Of a stretch of DNA of 64,000 bases, positions 54,978 to 64,000 are shown piece by piece; position 1 is the first letter of the stretch, and every line of letters begins with the position of its first letter. This stretch comes from Gaiellaceae bacterium (GTDB lineage: Bacteria; Actinomycetota; Thermoleophilia; Gaiellales; Gaiellaceae): NCBI GenBank assembly GCA_035713675.1, contig DASSZE010000071.1, forward strand, positions 20,463-84,462. The letters are read 5' to 3'. A program made the position numbers and the translations under genes. The notes beneath the pieces were generated by a model. That model did not search any database and was not told where the DNA came from. It saw only the letters and a program-made list of their open reading frames with translations.

Positions 54978-54995
54978 TCGATACCGAGGTTATCG
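54970..54995. promoter_or_regulatory. two palindromes in the nrtR/nadB divergent region (candidate operators)
   Basis: GTGTACAC (54970-54977, includes the nrtR GTG start) and CGATACC-GAG-GTTATCG (54979-54995). Confidence 0.35.
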
Positions 54996-54998
54996 CTT

Positions 54999-56354
54999 GT
55001 GAGGCAAAAACGCCACACACCCGACGTGATCGTCGTCGGAGCAGGGATCGCCGGCCTCTCCGCGGCCCTGGCCGCAGCCGACTCCGGCGCGACAGTGCGC
55101 GTGCTCGCGAAGGCGTCGCACCGCAGCACGAACAGCTATGCCGCCCAGGGCGGCGTCGCCGCGGCCGTCGGGGCCGACGACGATCCGGCTCTGCACGCGG
55201 CCGACACGCTGACCGCGGGCCGCGGCATCTGCCGGCCGAGCGCCGTCGAGCTGCTGACGGAGGAGGCGCCCGCGCGGATCGCGGAGCTGCGCAGCCTCGG
55301 CGTCCGCTTCGACTCGGGGCTGGGTCGCGAGGGCGGGCATTCCCGGGCGCGTGTGGTACATGCCGGCGGCGCCGACACCGGACGTCACATCGCCGACGTC
55401 CTCACGCTCCGGGCCTGCGAGCACCCGCGGATCCGGCTCGTCGAGGGCGAGCGCCTGGCCACGCTGGCCGACTTCCGAGGATCCCCGGTCGTACTCGCGA
55501 CCGGCGGGTATGCCGCTCTCTGGTCACGCACGACGAACCCGAGCGGCGCGGTGGGCGACGGGCTGCTGCTCGCACACGCCGCCGGGGCGGCGCTCGCGGA
55601 TCTCGAGCTCGTGCAGTTCCACCCCACGGCCTTGCGGGACGGGAACGGCCACGACGGCTTTCTGCTCTCCGAGGCGCTGCGCGGAGCCGGTGCGACGCTC
55701 CTCGACCGCGGCGGCGAGCGCTTCGTCGACGAGCTCGCGCCGCGCGACGTCGTGGCGCGGGCGATCGAGGCCCGGGCCGGAGCGAGGCTCGACCTGCGCG
55801 AGATCGAGCGCGACCGCTACCCCACGCTGATGGCAACGCTCGTGCGGGCCGGCTACGACCCGGCGGACGAGCCGATCCCGGTCTCCCCCGCCGCGCACTA
55901 CGCGATCGGCGGGATCGCCACAGACCTCGACGGCCGGACGTCGGTCGCCGGGCTGTACGCCGCCGGGGAGTGCGCCTGCACGGGCGTCCACGGCGCGAAC
56001 CGGCTCGCCTCGAACTCCCTGCTGGAGTGCCTCGTCTTCGGCCGCCGCGCCGGGCTCGCCGCGCTCGAGGGACCGGCCTTTGACAACGCTTGTAACACAG
56101 TGTTACTTGACGAATCGCCCCTCGACGGCTCTGGGCTCTGGCACGAGGGAGGGCTCATCCGCGGCCGGGCCGGTCTCTCCAGGCTGCTCGAGTCGTCGCA
56201 TCCGCTCGTGCACGGGATCGCGGCCTGCGGGCTCGCGCGCGAGGAGAGCAGGGGCGTGCACTTCCGCGAGGACTTCCCGGTCGAGAGCGAGGAGCTCGCC
56301 GGCCATCTCGTCGTCCACCCGGGCCGCGGGCCGGAGCTGGAGCGATGGAGCTGA
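54999..56354 (+). CDS. nadB: L-aspartate oxidase
   Basis: FAD motif VVGAGIAGLSAA, ..HYAIGGI.., ..NRLASNSLLECLVFG.., ..ESRGVHFREDFP... Start is GTG 54999 or GTG 55026. Confidence 0.92.
   Translation: MRQKRHTPDVIVVGAGIAGLSAALAAADSGATVRVLAKASHRSTNSYAAQGGVAAAVGADDDPALHAADTLTAGRGICRPSAVELLTEEAPARIAELRSLGVRFDSGLGREGGHSRARVVHAGGADTGRHIADVLTLRACEHPRIRLVEGERLATLADFRGSPVVLATGGYAALWSRTTNPSGAVGDGLLLAHAAGAALADLELVQFHPTALRDGNGHDGFLLSEALRGAGATLLDRGGERFVDELAPRDVVARAIEARAGARLDLREIERDRYPTLMATLVRAGYDPADEPIPVSPAAHYAIGGIATDLDGRTSVAGLYAAGECACTGVHGANRLASNSLLECLVFGRRAGLAALEGPAFDNACNTVLLDESPLDGSGLWHEGGLIRGRAGLSRLLESSHPLVHGIAACGLAREESRGVHFREDFPVESEELAGHLVVHPGRGPELERWS
56080..56111 (+). promoter_or_regulatory. AT-rich promoter-like element with an embedded perfect palindrome, inside the nadB coding frame
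   Basis: TTGACA (56080-85), 17 nt, TTACTT (56103-08). The spacer contains GTAACAC-A-GTGTTAC (56092-56106). A second TTGAC lies at 56107-11. Confidence 0.4.
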
Positions 56355-57181
56355 CGCAGGAAGCCGTCGACCGCGTCGTCGACGCGGCTCTGGCCGAGGA
56401 CCTCGGGAGCGGCGACGCGACGACGCTCGCGCTCGTCCCCGAGGATGCGCGCTGCCGGGCCGACCTGGTGCTCGAGGAGCCGGGCGTGGTCTGCGGCGTC
56501 CCGGTGGCCGCCGCCGTGTTCCGCGCCCTCGACCCGTCGGTGCAGGTCGAAGCGAAGCTGGCCGAAGGCACCGCCGTCTCCGGCGTCCCGGCCGTCGTCG
56601 CGGAGGTCGAAGGGCCGGCGCGCGCCGTCCTCAGCGGCGAGCGCGTGGCGCTCAACCTCCTCGGTCGCCTGTGCGGGATCGCCTCCCTCACCCGCCGCTT
56701 CGTCGAGCTCACCGACGGGACGCCGACGACGATCCTCGACACGCGCAAGACGACTCCTGGCCTGCGTGCGCTCGAGAAGTACGCGGTGCGCTGCGGCGGC
56801 GGCCGGAACCATCGCGCCGGGCTGTACGACGGCGTGCTCGTGAAGGAGAACCACCTCCGCGTCGCCGGCGGCGTCACCGCCGCGCTCGCGGCGCTCGACG
56901 GCCGCGTCGACGGCCTGCCGGTGGAGGTAGAGGCCGAGACGCTCGCCCAGGTGCGCGAGGCGATCGAGGCCGGCGCGCCGCGGATCCTGCTCGACAACAT
57001 GAGCCCCGAGGAGGTGCGCGAGGCCGTCGAGCTGACGGCGGGGCGCGCCGAGCTCGAGGCCTCGGGCGGCATGTCGCTCGCCACCGTCCGTGCCTACGCC
57101 GAGACCGGCGTCGACTTCGTCTCCGTCGGCGCTCTCACCCACTCCGCCCGTTCGCTCCACGTCTCCCTGGAGGTCAGATGA
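56345..57181 (+). CDS. nadC: nicotinate-nucleotide pyrophosphorylase (carboxylating)
   Basis: 278 aa with ..DLGSGDATT.., ..ILDTRKTTPGLR.., ..GGGRNHR... Overlaps nadB by 10 nt. Confidence 0.95.
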   Translation: MELTQEAVDRVVDAALAEDLGSGDATTLALVPEDARCRADLVLEEPGVVCGVPVAAAVFRALDPSVQVEAKLAEGTAVSGVPAVVAEVEGPARAVLSGERVALNLLGRLCGIASLTRRFVELTDGTPTTILDTRKTTPGLRALEKYAVRCGGGRNHRAGLYDGVLVKENHLRVAGGVTAALAALDGRVDGLPVEVEAETLAQVREAIEAGAPRILLDNMSPEEVREAVELTAGRAELEASGGMSLATVRAYAETGVDFVSVGALTHSARSLHVSLEVR

Positions 57182-58119
57182 CCGTCGCCACCCCACCCAC
57201 AACCGAGCTTCACGACGAGGTCCGCACGCTGGCGCAGGAGAAGAACGCCGTGATCCTCGCGCACAACTACCAGCACCCCGAGGTGCAGGACGTCGCGGAC
57301 TACGTCGGCGACTCGCTCGGCCTGTCGCGCCAGGCGGCGGCCACCGAGGCCGAGACGATCGTCTTCTGCGGCGTCCACTTCATGGCCGAGACCGCCGCGA
57401 TCCTCAGCCCCGAGAAGACGGTCCTCCTCCCCGACCTCGGCGCCGGCTGCTCGCTCGCCGCGTCGATCGACGGCGAGCAGCTGCGTGCGTGGAAGGCGGA
57501 GCATCCAGGCGCGGTCGTCGTCTCGTACGTGAACACGACCGCCGAGGTGAAGGCCGAGAGCGACTACTGCTGCACCTCCGGCAACGCGAAGGCGGTGATC
57601 GAGGCGATCCCGGCCGAGCAGGAGATCCTCTTCCTGCCGGACATGTACCTCGGCCTCTGGCTCGAGCGCGTGACCGGCCGCAAGCTGACCATCTGGCTCG
57701 GCGAGTGCCACGTCCACGCCGGGATCCGCCCCGCCGACATCGAGCGGTGGCAGCGCGAGGCGCCCGACGCCGAGCTGCTCGTCCACCCGGAATGCGGCTG
57801 CGCGAGCCAGGCGATGGCGTTCGGGAACGAGCGGACGCAGATCCTCTCGACCGAGAAGATGATCGACTACGCCCAGCGCTCGCCGAAGGAGCGCTTCCTC
57901 GTGGCGACCGAGACGGGAATCCTCCACCGGCTCGAGAAGGAGGCGCCCGGCAAGCGGTTCGAGCCGGTGCGCGAGGACGCGATCTGCCGCTTCATGAAGC
58001 TGACGACGCTCGAGAAGGTGCGCGACTCGCTCCGCGACGGCAAGTACCGGATCACCGTGGAGCCCGAGCTCGCCGACCGCGCGAGGCTCGCGATCGAGCG
58101 CATGGTCGCGATCGCGTAG
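57178..58119 (+). CDS. nadA: quinolinate synthase
   Basis: 313 aa from the internal ATG 57178 (ATGA overlap with nadC). ..ILAHNYQ.., ..FCGVHFMAET.., ..YVNT.., ..HPECG... Confidence 0.95.
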   Translation: MTVATPPTTELHDEVRTLAQEKNAVILAHNYQHPEVQDVADYVGDSLGLSRQAAATEAETIVFCGVHFMAETAAILSPEKTVLLPDLGAGCSLAASIDGEQLRAWKAEHPGAVVVSYVNTTAEVKAESDYCCTSGNAKAVIEAIPAEQEILFLPDMYLGLWLERVTGRKLTIWLGECHVHAGIRPADIERWQREAPDAELLVHPECGCASQAMAFGNERTQILSTEKMIDYAQRSPKERFLVATETGILHRLEKEAPGKRFEPVREDAICRFMKLTTLEKVRDSLRDGKYRITVEPELADRARLAIERMVAIA

Positions 58120-58123
58120 GCGC

Positions 58124-59332
58124 CTACTGCTTGGAGTACGGCTTGCCGTCGGCGGCGGGCGCGACCGTGCGGCCGATGACCCCGGCGACGGCGATCAGAG
58201 TCAGCACGTACGGAAGGGCGTAGAAGAGCGTGCTCGTCGACTGCGAGTAGACCTGGAGCTTCAGCGCGAGCGCACTCGAGAAGCCGAACAGGAGGGCCGC
58301 ACCGAACGCGCCGGCCGGCCGCCAGTTGCCGAAGATCACCGCAGCGAGCGCGATGAAACCGCGGCCGTTCGTCATGTTGAAGAGGAACGAGCCGTTCCCC
58401 TGCGGCCCCTCCGACAGGTAGATGCCGCCGACCGCGGCAAGGATTCCCGACAGGACGACGCAGCCGTAGCGGACGGCGTAGACGTTGATCCCGACCGTGT
58501 CCGCCGCGCGCGGATGCTCGCCGCACGCTCGGATCCGCAGACCGATCGCCGTCTTGAAGAGCACGATGTAGACGACGATGACGAGCACGAAGCTCGCCCA
58601 GGTGAGGATGTTGAGGTCGCCGATCGCGCCGCCCAGAGAGCCGGAGAGGCCGGGGATGTTGACGTTCGGCAGGAGCGAGACGCCGTTCGGGATCGGGTTG
58701 TTGTTGTACAGCTTGACGAAGAAGAAGCCGGTTATCCCGACGGCGAGGAAGTTGATCGCCGTTCCGCCGACGATCTGGTCGGCGCGCAGCTGGATGGCGA
58801 AGAAGGCATACAGGAGCGCCGTCAAGCCGCCGACCCCCATGGCGACGAGGAGCCCGATCACCCATGAGCCGCCCTTGTCGGCGCCGTAGACGCCCCAGAA
58901 GGCGCCCATCAGCATCATCCCTTCGAGGCCGATGTTCACGACCCCGCTCCGCTCGGAGAAGATGCCGCCCATCGCCGCGAAGACGAGCGGTGTCGCGAAG
59001 CTGAGGGTCTGTGCCACGAGCGTCGCGTCGAACGCGGAGTCGAGGTTCGCGGCGCTCGAGCGCGTGGCGAGGATGCCGAGCCCGACCCCGGTCAGACCGG
59101 CCGCCACCGCGCCCCAGCCGAGCCTGCGGCGGCCACGCGCGACCGTCCAGATCCCGAGCCCCACGGCGACGATGCCGACCACGATCGGCCAGGTGATCGT
59201 TCGCGCCTCGATCGGTGGGATGGCGAGGAGGGCCGCGACCGCCCCGAGGAAGATCCCGAGCCAGCCGGTCGTGGCGGGATCTCGCAGGCGCGCGCTGATC
59301 GGGTTGTCGAGCCGGGCGGCCCAGGTGTTCAC
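58124..59332 (-). CDS. ABC transporter permease (BMP/nucleoside-type)
   Basis: 402 aa from GTG 59332 (GTGA overlap with the upstream stop). About 9 TM segments. Confidence 0.9.
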   Translation of the reverse strand: MNTWAARLDNPISARLRDPATTGWLGIFLGAVAALLAIPPIEARTITWPIVVGIVAVGLGIWTVARGRRRLGWGAVAAGLTGVGLGILATRSSAANLDSAFDATLVAQTLSFATPLVFAAMGGIFSERSGVVNIGLEGMMLMGAFWGVYGADKGGSWVIGLLVAMGVGGLTALLYAFFAIQLRADQIVGGTAINFLAVGITGFFFVKLYNNNPIPNGVSLLPNVNIPGLSGSLGGAIGDLNILTWASFVLVIVVYIVLFKTAIGLRIRACGEHPRAADTVGINVYAVRYGCVVLSGILAAVGGIYLSEGPQGNGSFLFNMTNGRGFIALAAVIFGNWRPAGAFGAALLFGFSSALALKLQVYSQSTSTLFYALPYVLTLIAVAGVIGRTVAPAADGKPYSKQ

Positions 59333-60579
59333 GCCGAGGCTCCAGCCGGCTTGCCCGGCCGCCAGCGCAGCTTCTTGCGCGAGTTCCAGGCGTAGAGGAT
59401 GAGGACGTCGGCCCCGATGAAGAGGACGATCAGCCCCTGGATGATGTACGTGAGATTGCTGGCGAGCTGCGGATCGATCACGGCCGAAGAGCCGAGGCCG
59501 TGGAAACTCCCGTACAGGAGGGCGCCGAAGAGGAACGCCGACAGGAGTGTGCCGATGGCGGTGTTTCGCCCGAGGAGAGCGACGGCGATGCCGATGAAAC
59601 CGACCTGGCTGAACGGGATGTCGAGCTGCCCGTACTGGTAGTTCGTCGTTCCGCCCAGCATGTCGATCACACCCGCGAGACCGGCGAACGCCCCGGAGAT
59701 CGCCATCGCGCGGATGAAGTTCTTCTTCACGCTGATGCCCCCGTACGCCGCCGCGTCGGGATTGAACCCGACGGCGCGCACCTCGTAGCCGAGCGTCGTC
59801 CGGTTGATCAGGATCGAGAAGACGGCGACACACGCGAGCGCGATGAAGAAGCCGATATGGACTCCCTGGAACCCCTGGACCCCCCAGAAATCGGGGAGCC
59901 GCCCGCTCGGTGCCACCTGCTTGGAGACGGGGCTGGTGGGGTTCGACGTGTCCTGGAGCGGACCGCCGACCCCGAAGGCCCACGAGGCCACCCAGAACGC
60001 GATCCAGTTGAGCATGATCGTCGTGATCACCTCGTGCGCCCCGACGGTGGCCTTCAGGACGCCTGCGATGCCGGCATACGCCGCGGCGGCGAGCGTGCCG
60101 CCCACCATCGCGATCAGGATGTGCGGCAGCGGGCTCAGTCCCGCGAGGGAGACTCCGAGCCAGTTGGCGACGAGCAGGCCGACGAAGTACTGGCCCTGAC
60201 CGCCGATGTTGAACATCCCGCAGCGAAACGCGAAGGCCACGGCCAGGCCGGTGAGGATCAGCGTCGACGTCTGCAACAGTGTCTGGGAAAGGTTGTACGC
60301 CGCAATGCTCGTCTGGAGGTTCGTCGTCGGATGGGCGATCCAACCGAGGCCGGTGCCGTCGAAGATCTCCTGGAACGCAAGAAGCGACGTGTGAAAGCTG
60401 TGCTCGGTCGCGGCCACCACCAGAATGCTGATGACGATGGCGAGGACGACCGTCACGATCGGAACGGCGATTCCGCCGGCGCGCTGCTTGATCGCCAGCC
60501 GGGCGGCGAGCGTGCCGGGATCGCCGAACTCCGGCCCGGGCGGCGGCGGGGGCGTGGTCGACTGGCCGGGCGCGGTCAT
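59329..60579 (-). CDS. ABC transporter permease (BMP/nucleoside-type)
   Basis: 416 aa, multi-TM. Overlaps the ATPase stop by 4 nt. Confidence 0.9.
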   Translation of the reverse strand: MTAPGQSTTPPPPPGPEFGDPGTLAARLAIKQRAGGIAVPIVTVVLAIVISILVVAATEHSFHTSLLAFQEIFDGTGLGWIAHPTTNLQTSIAAYNLSQTLLQTSTLILTGLAVAFAFRCGMFNIGGQGQYFVGLLVANWLGVSLAGLSPLPHILIAMVGGTLAAAAYAGIAGVLKATVGAHEVITTIMLNWIAFWVASWAFGVGGPLQDTSNPTSPVSKQVAPSGRLPDFWGVQGFQGVHIGFFIALACVAVFSILINRTTLGYEVRAVGFNPDAAAYGGISVKKNFIRAMAISGAFAGLAGVIDMLGGTTNYQYGQLDIPFSQVGFIGIAVALLGRNTAIGTLLSAFLFGALLYGSFHGLGSSAVIDPQLASNLTYIIQGLIVLFIGADVLILYAWNSRKKLRWRPGKPAGASA

Positions 60580-62102
60580 GCGGCCGACTTCTCCCGTCCT
60601 CCGAGCATCTCGAGCCCGATCTGCTCCTCCGACACCTCGCCGGTGTGCTCCCCGACGATCTCGCCTTCGTAGATCACGAGGATCCGGTCGGACAGCGACA
60701 GGATCTCCTCGAGCTCGAGCGAGACGAGCAGGATGGCACGCCCCTCGTCGCGCTCGGTGACCAGCCGGCGATGGAGGTACTCGATGGCACCGACGTCGAG
60801 CCCGCGGGTCGGCTGCGCGGCAACCAGCACCTTCGGGTCGCGTGAGATCTCGCGTGCGGCTACCAGCTTCTGCTGGTTCCCTCCCGAAAGGCCTCCTGCG
60901 GGCGTGTAAGGGCCGCCGCCGCGCACGTCGAACTCGCGAATCAGGGTCTTCGCACGACTGATCATCCGCCCCGGGAAGAGCCAGCCGAGCTTTCCGACGG
61001 GCGGCTTGGCGTAGTCGTGCAGCGCGATGTTCTCGGCGATCGTGAACTCGAGCACGAGACCGCGGCGCTGTCGATCCTCGGGGATGTGCCCGACCCCTGC
61101 GTCGAGCGCGGCGCGTGCGTCGGCGTGTGTGATCTCGTGCCCGGCGATCCTGAGCGACCCGCTCTCGATCTTCTGCAGGCCCGTGAGCGCGTCGATGAGC
61201 TCGGTCTGGCCGTTGCCGTCGACGCCGGCGATGCCGACGATCTCGCCCGCCCGGACGTCGAACGAAACCCCGCGCACCCTCTCGATCTCCCGGTCGTCGC
61301 GGACGTGGAGATCGCGCACCTCCAGCAGGACGTCGCCCGGCTTGGCCGGTTCCTTCTCGACCCGCAGGAGCACGTCGCGACCCACCATCGCCCGCGCCAG
61401 GGACTCCTCGGTCGCGCCTTCCCGCGGCACCGTCTCGATCGTCTTGCCGCGCCGCAGGACGGTGATGCGGTCTGCGATCTCGAGCACCTCGTTCAGCTTG
61501 TGGCTGATGAAGATGATCGAGATGCCCTCCCGCTGCAGCGTGCGCAGGATCTCGAAGAGGTCCGAAGCCTCCTGCGGGGTCAGCACCGCGGTCGGCTCGT
61601 CCAGGATCAGCAGATCGGCGTTGCGGTAGAGGGCCTTCATGATCTCCACGCGCTGCTGCTGGCCGACGCTGATGTCCTGCACGAGGGCCTCGGGGTCGAC
61701 CGCGAACCTGAATGTCTTGGCCATGTCCGCCACCCGGTGGTCGGCCACGTTCTCGTCGAGGAAGATGCCGCCCTTTCGGGGCTCGGTGCCGAGCACGATG
61801 TTCTCGGCGACCGTCATCACCGGGATGAGCATGAAGTGCTGGTGCACCATCCCGATCCCGGCCTCGATCGCCTCACGGGCCGAGGAGAAGGAGACCGGCT
61901 TGCCGTTGAGCACGACCTCGCCCCCGTCGGGCCGGTAGAGCCCGTACAGGATGTTCATCAGCGTCGACTTGCCCGCTCCGTTCTCGCCGAGCAGGGCGTG
62001 CACCTCGCCGCGGCGGACGTCGAACGAGACGTCGTCGTTGGCCACGACTCCCGGGAACTCCTTGCGGATGCCCCGCATCTCGAGGACGAGGTCGTCGGCC
62101 AC
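60576..62102 (-). CDS. ABC transporter ATP-binding protein (tandem cassettes)
   Basis: Walker A GENGAGKST. Two signature regions, including LSGGNQQK. 508 aa. Confidence 0.95.
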   Translation of the reverse strand: MADDLVLEMRGIRKEFPGVVANDDVSFDVRRGEVHALLGENGAGKSTLMNILYGLYRPDGGEVVLNGKPVSFSSAREAIEAGIGMVHQHFMLIPVMTVAENIVLGTEPRKGGIFLDENVADHRVADMAKTFRFAVDPEALVQDISVGQQQRVEIMKALYRNADLLILDEPTAVLTPQEASDLFEILRTLQREGISIIFISHKLNEVLEIADRITVLRRGKTIETVPREGATEESLARAMVGRDVLLRVEKEPAKPGDVLLEVRDLHVRDDREIERVRGVSFDVRAGEIVGIAGVDGNGQTELIDALTGLQKIESGSLRIAGHEITHADARAALDAGVGHIPEDRQRRGLVLEFTIAENIALHDYAKPPVGKLGWLFPGRMISRAKTLIREFDVRGGGPYTPAGGLSGGNQQKLVAAREISRDPKVLVAAQPTRGLDVGAIEYLHRRLVTERDEGRAILLVSLELEEILSLSDRILVIYEGEIVGEHTGEVSEEQIGLEMLGGREKSAA

Positions 62103-62110
62103 GGGTGTTT

Positions 62111-62153
62111 CTTACAGGAAAACGAAGAGGGCGGGCTCGAAAAGCCCGCCCTC
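62111..62153 (-). terminator. intra-operon hairpin terminator/attenuator after the binding-protein gene
   Basis: Minus-strand RNA: GAGGGCGGGC-UUUUCGA-GCCCGCCCUC (10-bp perfect stem) followed by UUCGUUUUCC. Confidence 0.6.
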
Positions 62154-62176
62154 TCGTAACGCGTTCGTCGCTCGTG

Positions 62177-63199
62177 CTACTTGAGGACCGCCGGGGGCTT
62201 GAGCTTGCCCTTGATGATCTTCGTCTTGTAGCTGTTCATCAGCTTGATCCACGACTTCGGCACCTTCGGGCTGGTCTTGCCGACCCCGACGCCGTTGTTC
62301 TTGAGGTTGAAGACGAGGTCCTTGCCCCCCTTGAACTTGCCGTTCGCCGCCCCGACGATCGTGTCGTAGACGCCGACGTCGGTCTTCTTGAGAGCGCTCG
62401 TCAGGATCCGGCTGGCGACGCTGTACTCGTCGGCGTCGACGCCGATGCCCCACTTGTGCAGCTTCGAGGCCTCCTTGAGAGCACCGTCACCGCAGAGGCC
62501 GGCGACCTGGAAGACGACCTGAGCCTTCTGGCCCTGGATCTCGTTCTGCGCGATCGCCGCGCACTTGGACTGGTCGACGAAGTCGCCGGAGTACTGCACG
62601 ACGACCTTCGTGCCCTTGACGGCCTTCCGTGCGCAGTACTTGTAGCCGGCGATGTAGGAGTCGACCGGCGGGATCTTGAGACCACCCGCCACGCCGATGA
62701 CCTTGTGGCCCATCTTCTGGGCCATCTTTGCCGCGAGGACGCCGACGAGACAGCCGCCCTCCTGCGTCGCATAGGTGATGCCCTCTTCGTTCTTGAACCC
62801 ACCGATGTCGCTGACCGGATCGTCGGTGATCGCGAACTTGGTGTTCGGATACTGCGTCGCGTACTGCTTCACCGTCGGGCCGAGCAGGAAGCCGGCGGCG
62901 ATGATGATCTGTGCGCCGTCGTGAATCGCAGTGTTGTAGTTCGGCTGATAGTCGCTCGACGAGTGCGACACGATCGGGAACGCCGTCCCGCCGAGCTTCT
63001 TCGCCGCCTGCTTCAGCCCCTTGAGCTGGTTCTTGTTGAACCCGTTGTCGTTGAAGCCGGCGACGTCGCTCACGAGCGCCGCCTTGTAACCCGCCTTCGG
63101 CGCGTTCGGCGCCTTCGAGCTGCCGAACGCTGTGCCGACGGCCAGCGCCGCAATGAGCGCAACCGCGCCCGCGGCCAGTAGCCAGCGTGAAACCCTCAC
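62177..63199 (-). CDS. BMP-family ABC substrate-binding protein
   Basis: Signal peptide without a lipobox Cys. ..ALVSDVAGFNDNGFNKNQ... GTG start preceded by GGGAGGG. Confidence 0.92.
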   Translation of the reverse strand: MRVSRWLLAAGAVALIAALAVGTAFGSSKAPNAPKAGYKAALVSDVAGFNDNGFNKNQLKGLKQAAKKLGGTAFPIVSHSSSDYQPNYNTAIHDGAQIIIAAGFLLGPTVKQYATQYPNTKFAITDDPVSDIGGFKNEEGITYATQEGGCLVGVLAAKMAQKMGHKVIGVAGGLKIPPVDSYIAGYKYCARKAVKGTKVVVQYSGDFVDQSKCAAIAQNEIQGQKAQVVFQVAGLCGDGALKEASKLHKWGIGVDADEYSVASRILTSALKKTDVGVYDTIVGAANGKFKGGKDLVFNLKNNGVGVGKTSPKVPKSWIKLMNSYKTKIIKGKLKPPAVLK

Positions 63200-63308
63200 G
63201 TACCCTCCCTCAGTCGTCAGTAACGCCCGATTCCGGGCGATCCTAGCCCCATATTCGACGTACCGGAAGGGGATCGGTTAGATCAGAACGGGTCAGTTGA
63301 CACGGGGC

Positions 63309-64000
63309 TTACTCGGCCCCGGCGTACGTGTGGTACTGGCTCTCGTCCACCAGAACGCGCCGGGGCTTCGAGCCTTCGTAGCCCGAGATGATCCCGCGAC
63401 GCTCGAGCATGTCGATCAGCCGGCCGGCGCGCGTGTAGCCCACGCGCAGCCGCCGCTGTAGGAGCGAGACCGACGCGGTCTGCGTCTGGACGACGATCTC
63501 GATCGCCTTGTCGAGCAGCGGATCGTCGTCCGGGTCGAACTCGCCGTGCTCGTCATTATCGTCTGGCTCGGCGAAAACCTGTGGAAGCTCGAGATAGCTT
63601 TCGTCGAGCTCCTGCTCACGCTGGCGTGTCTGCTCGACCACGAGCGCGATCTCCTCCTCCGAGACGTATGCGCCCTGGACGCGCTGCAGCCGTGAGGTGC
63701 CGAGCGGCTTGAAGAGCATGTCGCCCTGGCCGAGCAGCGACTCGGCGCCGCCCTGGTCGAGGATCACGCGCGAGTCGGTCTGCGAGGAGACGGCGAACGC
63801 GATCCGTGACGGGACGTTCGCCTTGATCATCCCGGTGATCACGTCGACCGACGGCCGCTGCGTCGCGAGGACGAGATGGATGCCGACGGCGCGCGACTTC
63901 TGCGCGAGGCGGATCACGGCGTCCTCGACGGCCTGCGGCGCCACCATCATCAGGTCGGCGAGCTCGTCGATCACGACGAGGACGTACGGGAGCGTCGTCT
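63309..64000 (-). CDS. ftsK: DNA translocase FtsK/SpoIIIE, C-terminal part (partial; continues beyond window)
   Basis: ..[11 protein letters not shown].., ..[13 protein letters not shown].., and the gamma-domain wHTH ..[21 protein letters not shown]... Confidence 0.93.
   Translation of the reverse strand, partial: TTLPYVLVVIDELADLMMVAPQAVEDAVIRLAQKSRAVGIHLVLATQRPSVDVITGMIKANVPSRIAFAVSSQTDSRVILDQGGAESLLGQGDMLFKPLGTSRLQRVQGAYVSEEEIALVVEQTRQREQELDESYLELPQVFAEPDDNDEHGEFDPDDDPLLDKAIEIVVQTQTASVSLLQRRLRVGYTRAGRLIDMLERRGIISGYEGSKPRRVLVDESQYHTYAGAE

Noticed and set aside
63200-63308. Possible purine- or nucleoside-type riboswitch in the leader of the BMP/nucleoside ABC operon (GUCG...UAUGG...CGCCCG-GAAU-CGGGCG...CGAC).
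   Set aside because: Only one convincing hairpin is present. The two-hairpin junction and the conserved loop/junction nucleotides of purine riboswitches are absent. A covariance-model scan would be needed to revive this idea.

Overview
64 kb of a visibly high-GC, tightly packed bacterial chromosome. Gene order is actinobacterial: pyrH-frr-uppS-cdsA-dxr-rseP-ispG-proS, pgsA...FHA-MerR, murT-gatD, hflX-dut, dapE/C/D/F, miaB-miaA, rny, cinA-recA-recX, nrtR/nadBCA, a BMP-type ABC importer and ftsK. Some traits (an RsiG-like mini-protein, many start/stop overlaps) would fit a deep-branching lineage such as Thermoleophilia or Rubrobacteria, but that placement is inference only. I support about 75 protein genes, one tRNA-Pro(GGG), one hairpin terminator/attenuator and a few candidate regulatory sites. 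I saw no rRNA, CRISPR array, transposase, integrase or prophage. Most long reverse-frame ORFs in the track are GC artefacts (Arg/Ala/Pro/Gly-rich) antisense to recognisable genes. The items most worth a second look are listed here.
- A compact OLD-type ATPase-TOPRIM nuclease is translationally coupled to a NUDIX hydrolase and dUTPase at the end of the hflX operon.
- A seven-gene minus-strand array joins an ECF sigma / ZAS anti-sigma pair to folE, two other pterin-type enzymes and a membrane CDP-alcohol transferase.
- A DapF homologue has both catalytic Cys replaced by Ser and has no canonical start codon.
- An AT-rich promoter-plus-palindrome element is embedded in-frame inside nadB, next to an NrtR regulator.
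- A single-motif RsiG-like 80-aa protein sits upstream of the FHA/MerR pair.
- A two-component operon carries an unannotated 32-aa membrane micro-ORF coupled to a Gre C-terminal-domain-only protein.
All functional calls rest on motif recognition by eye. No database search was run.
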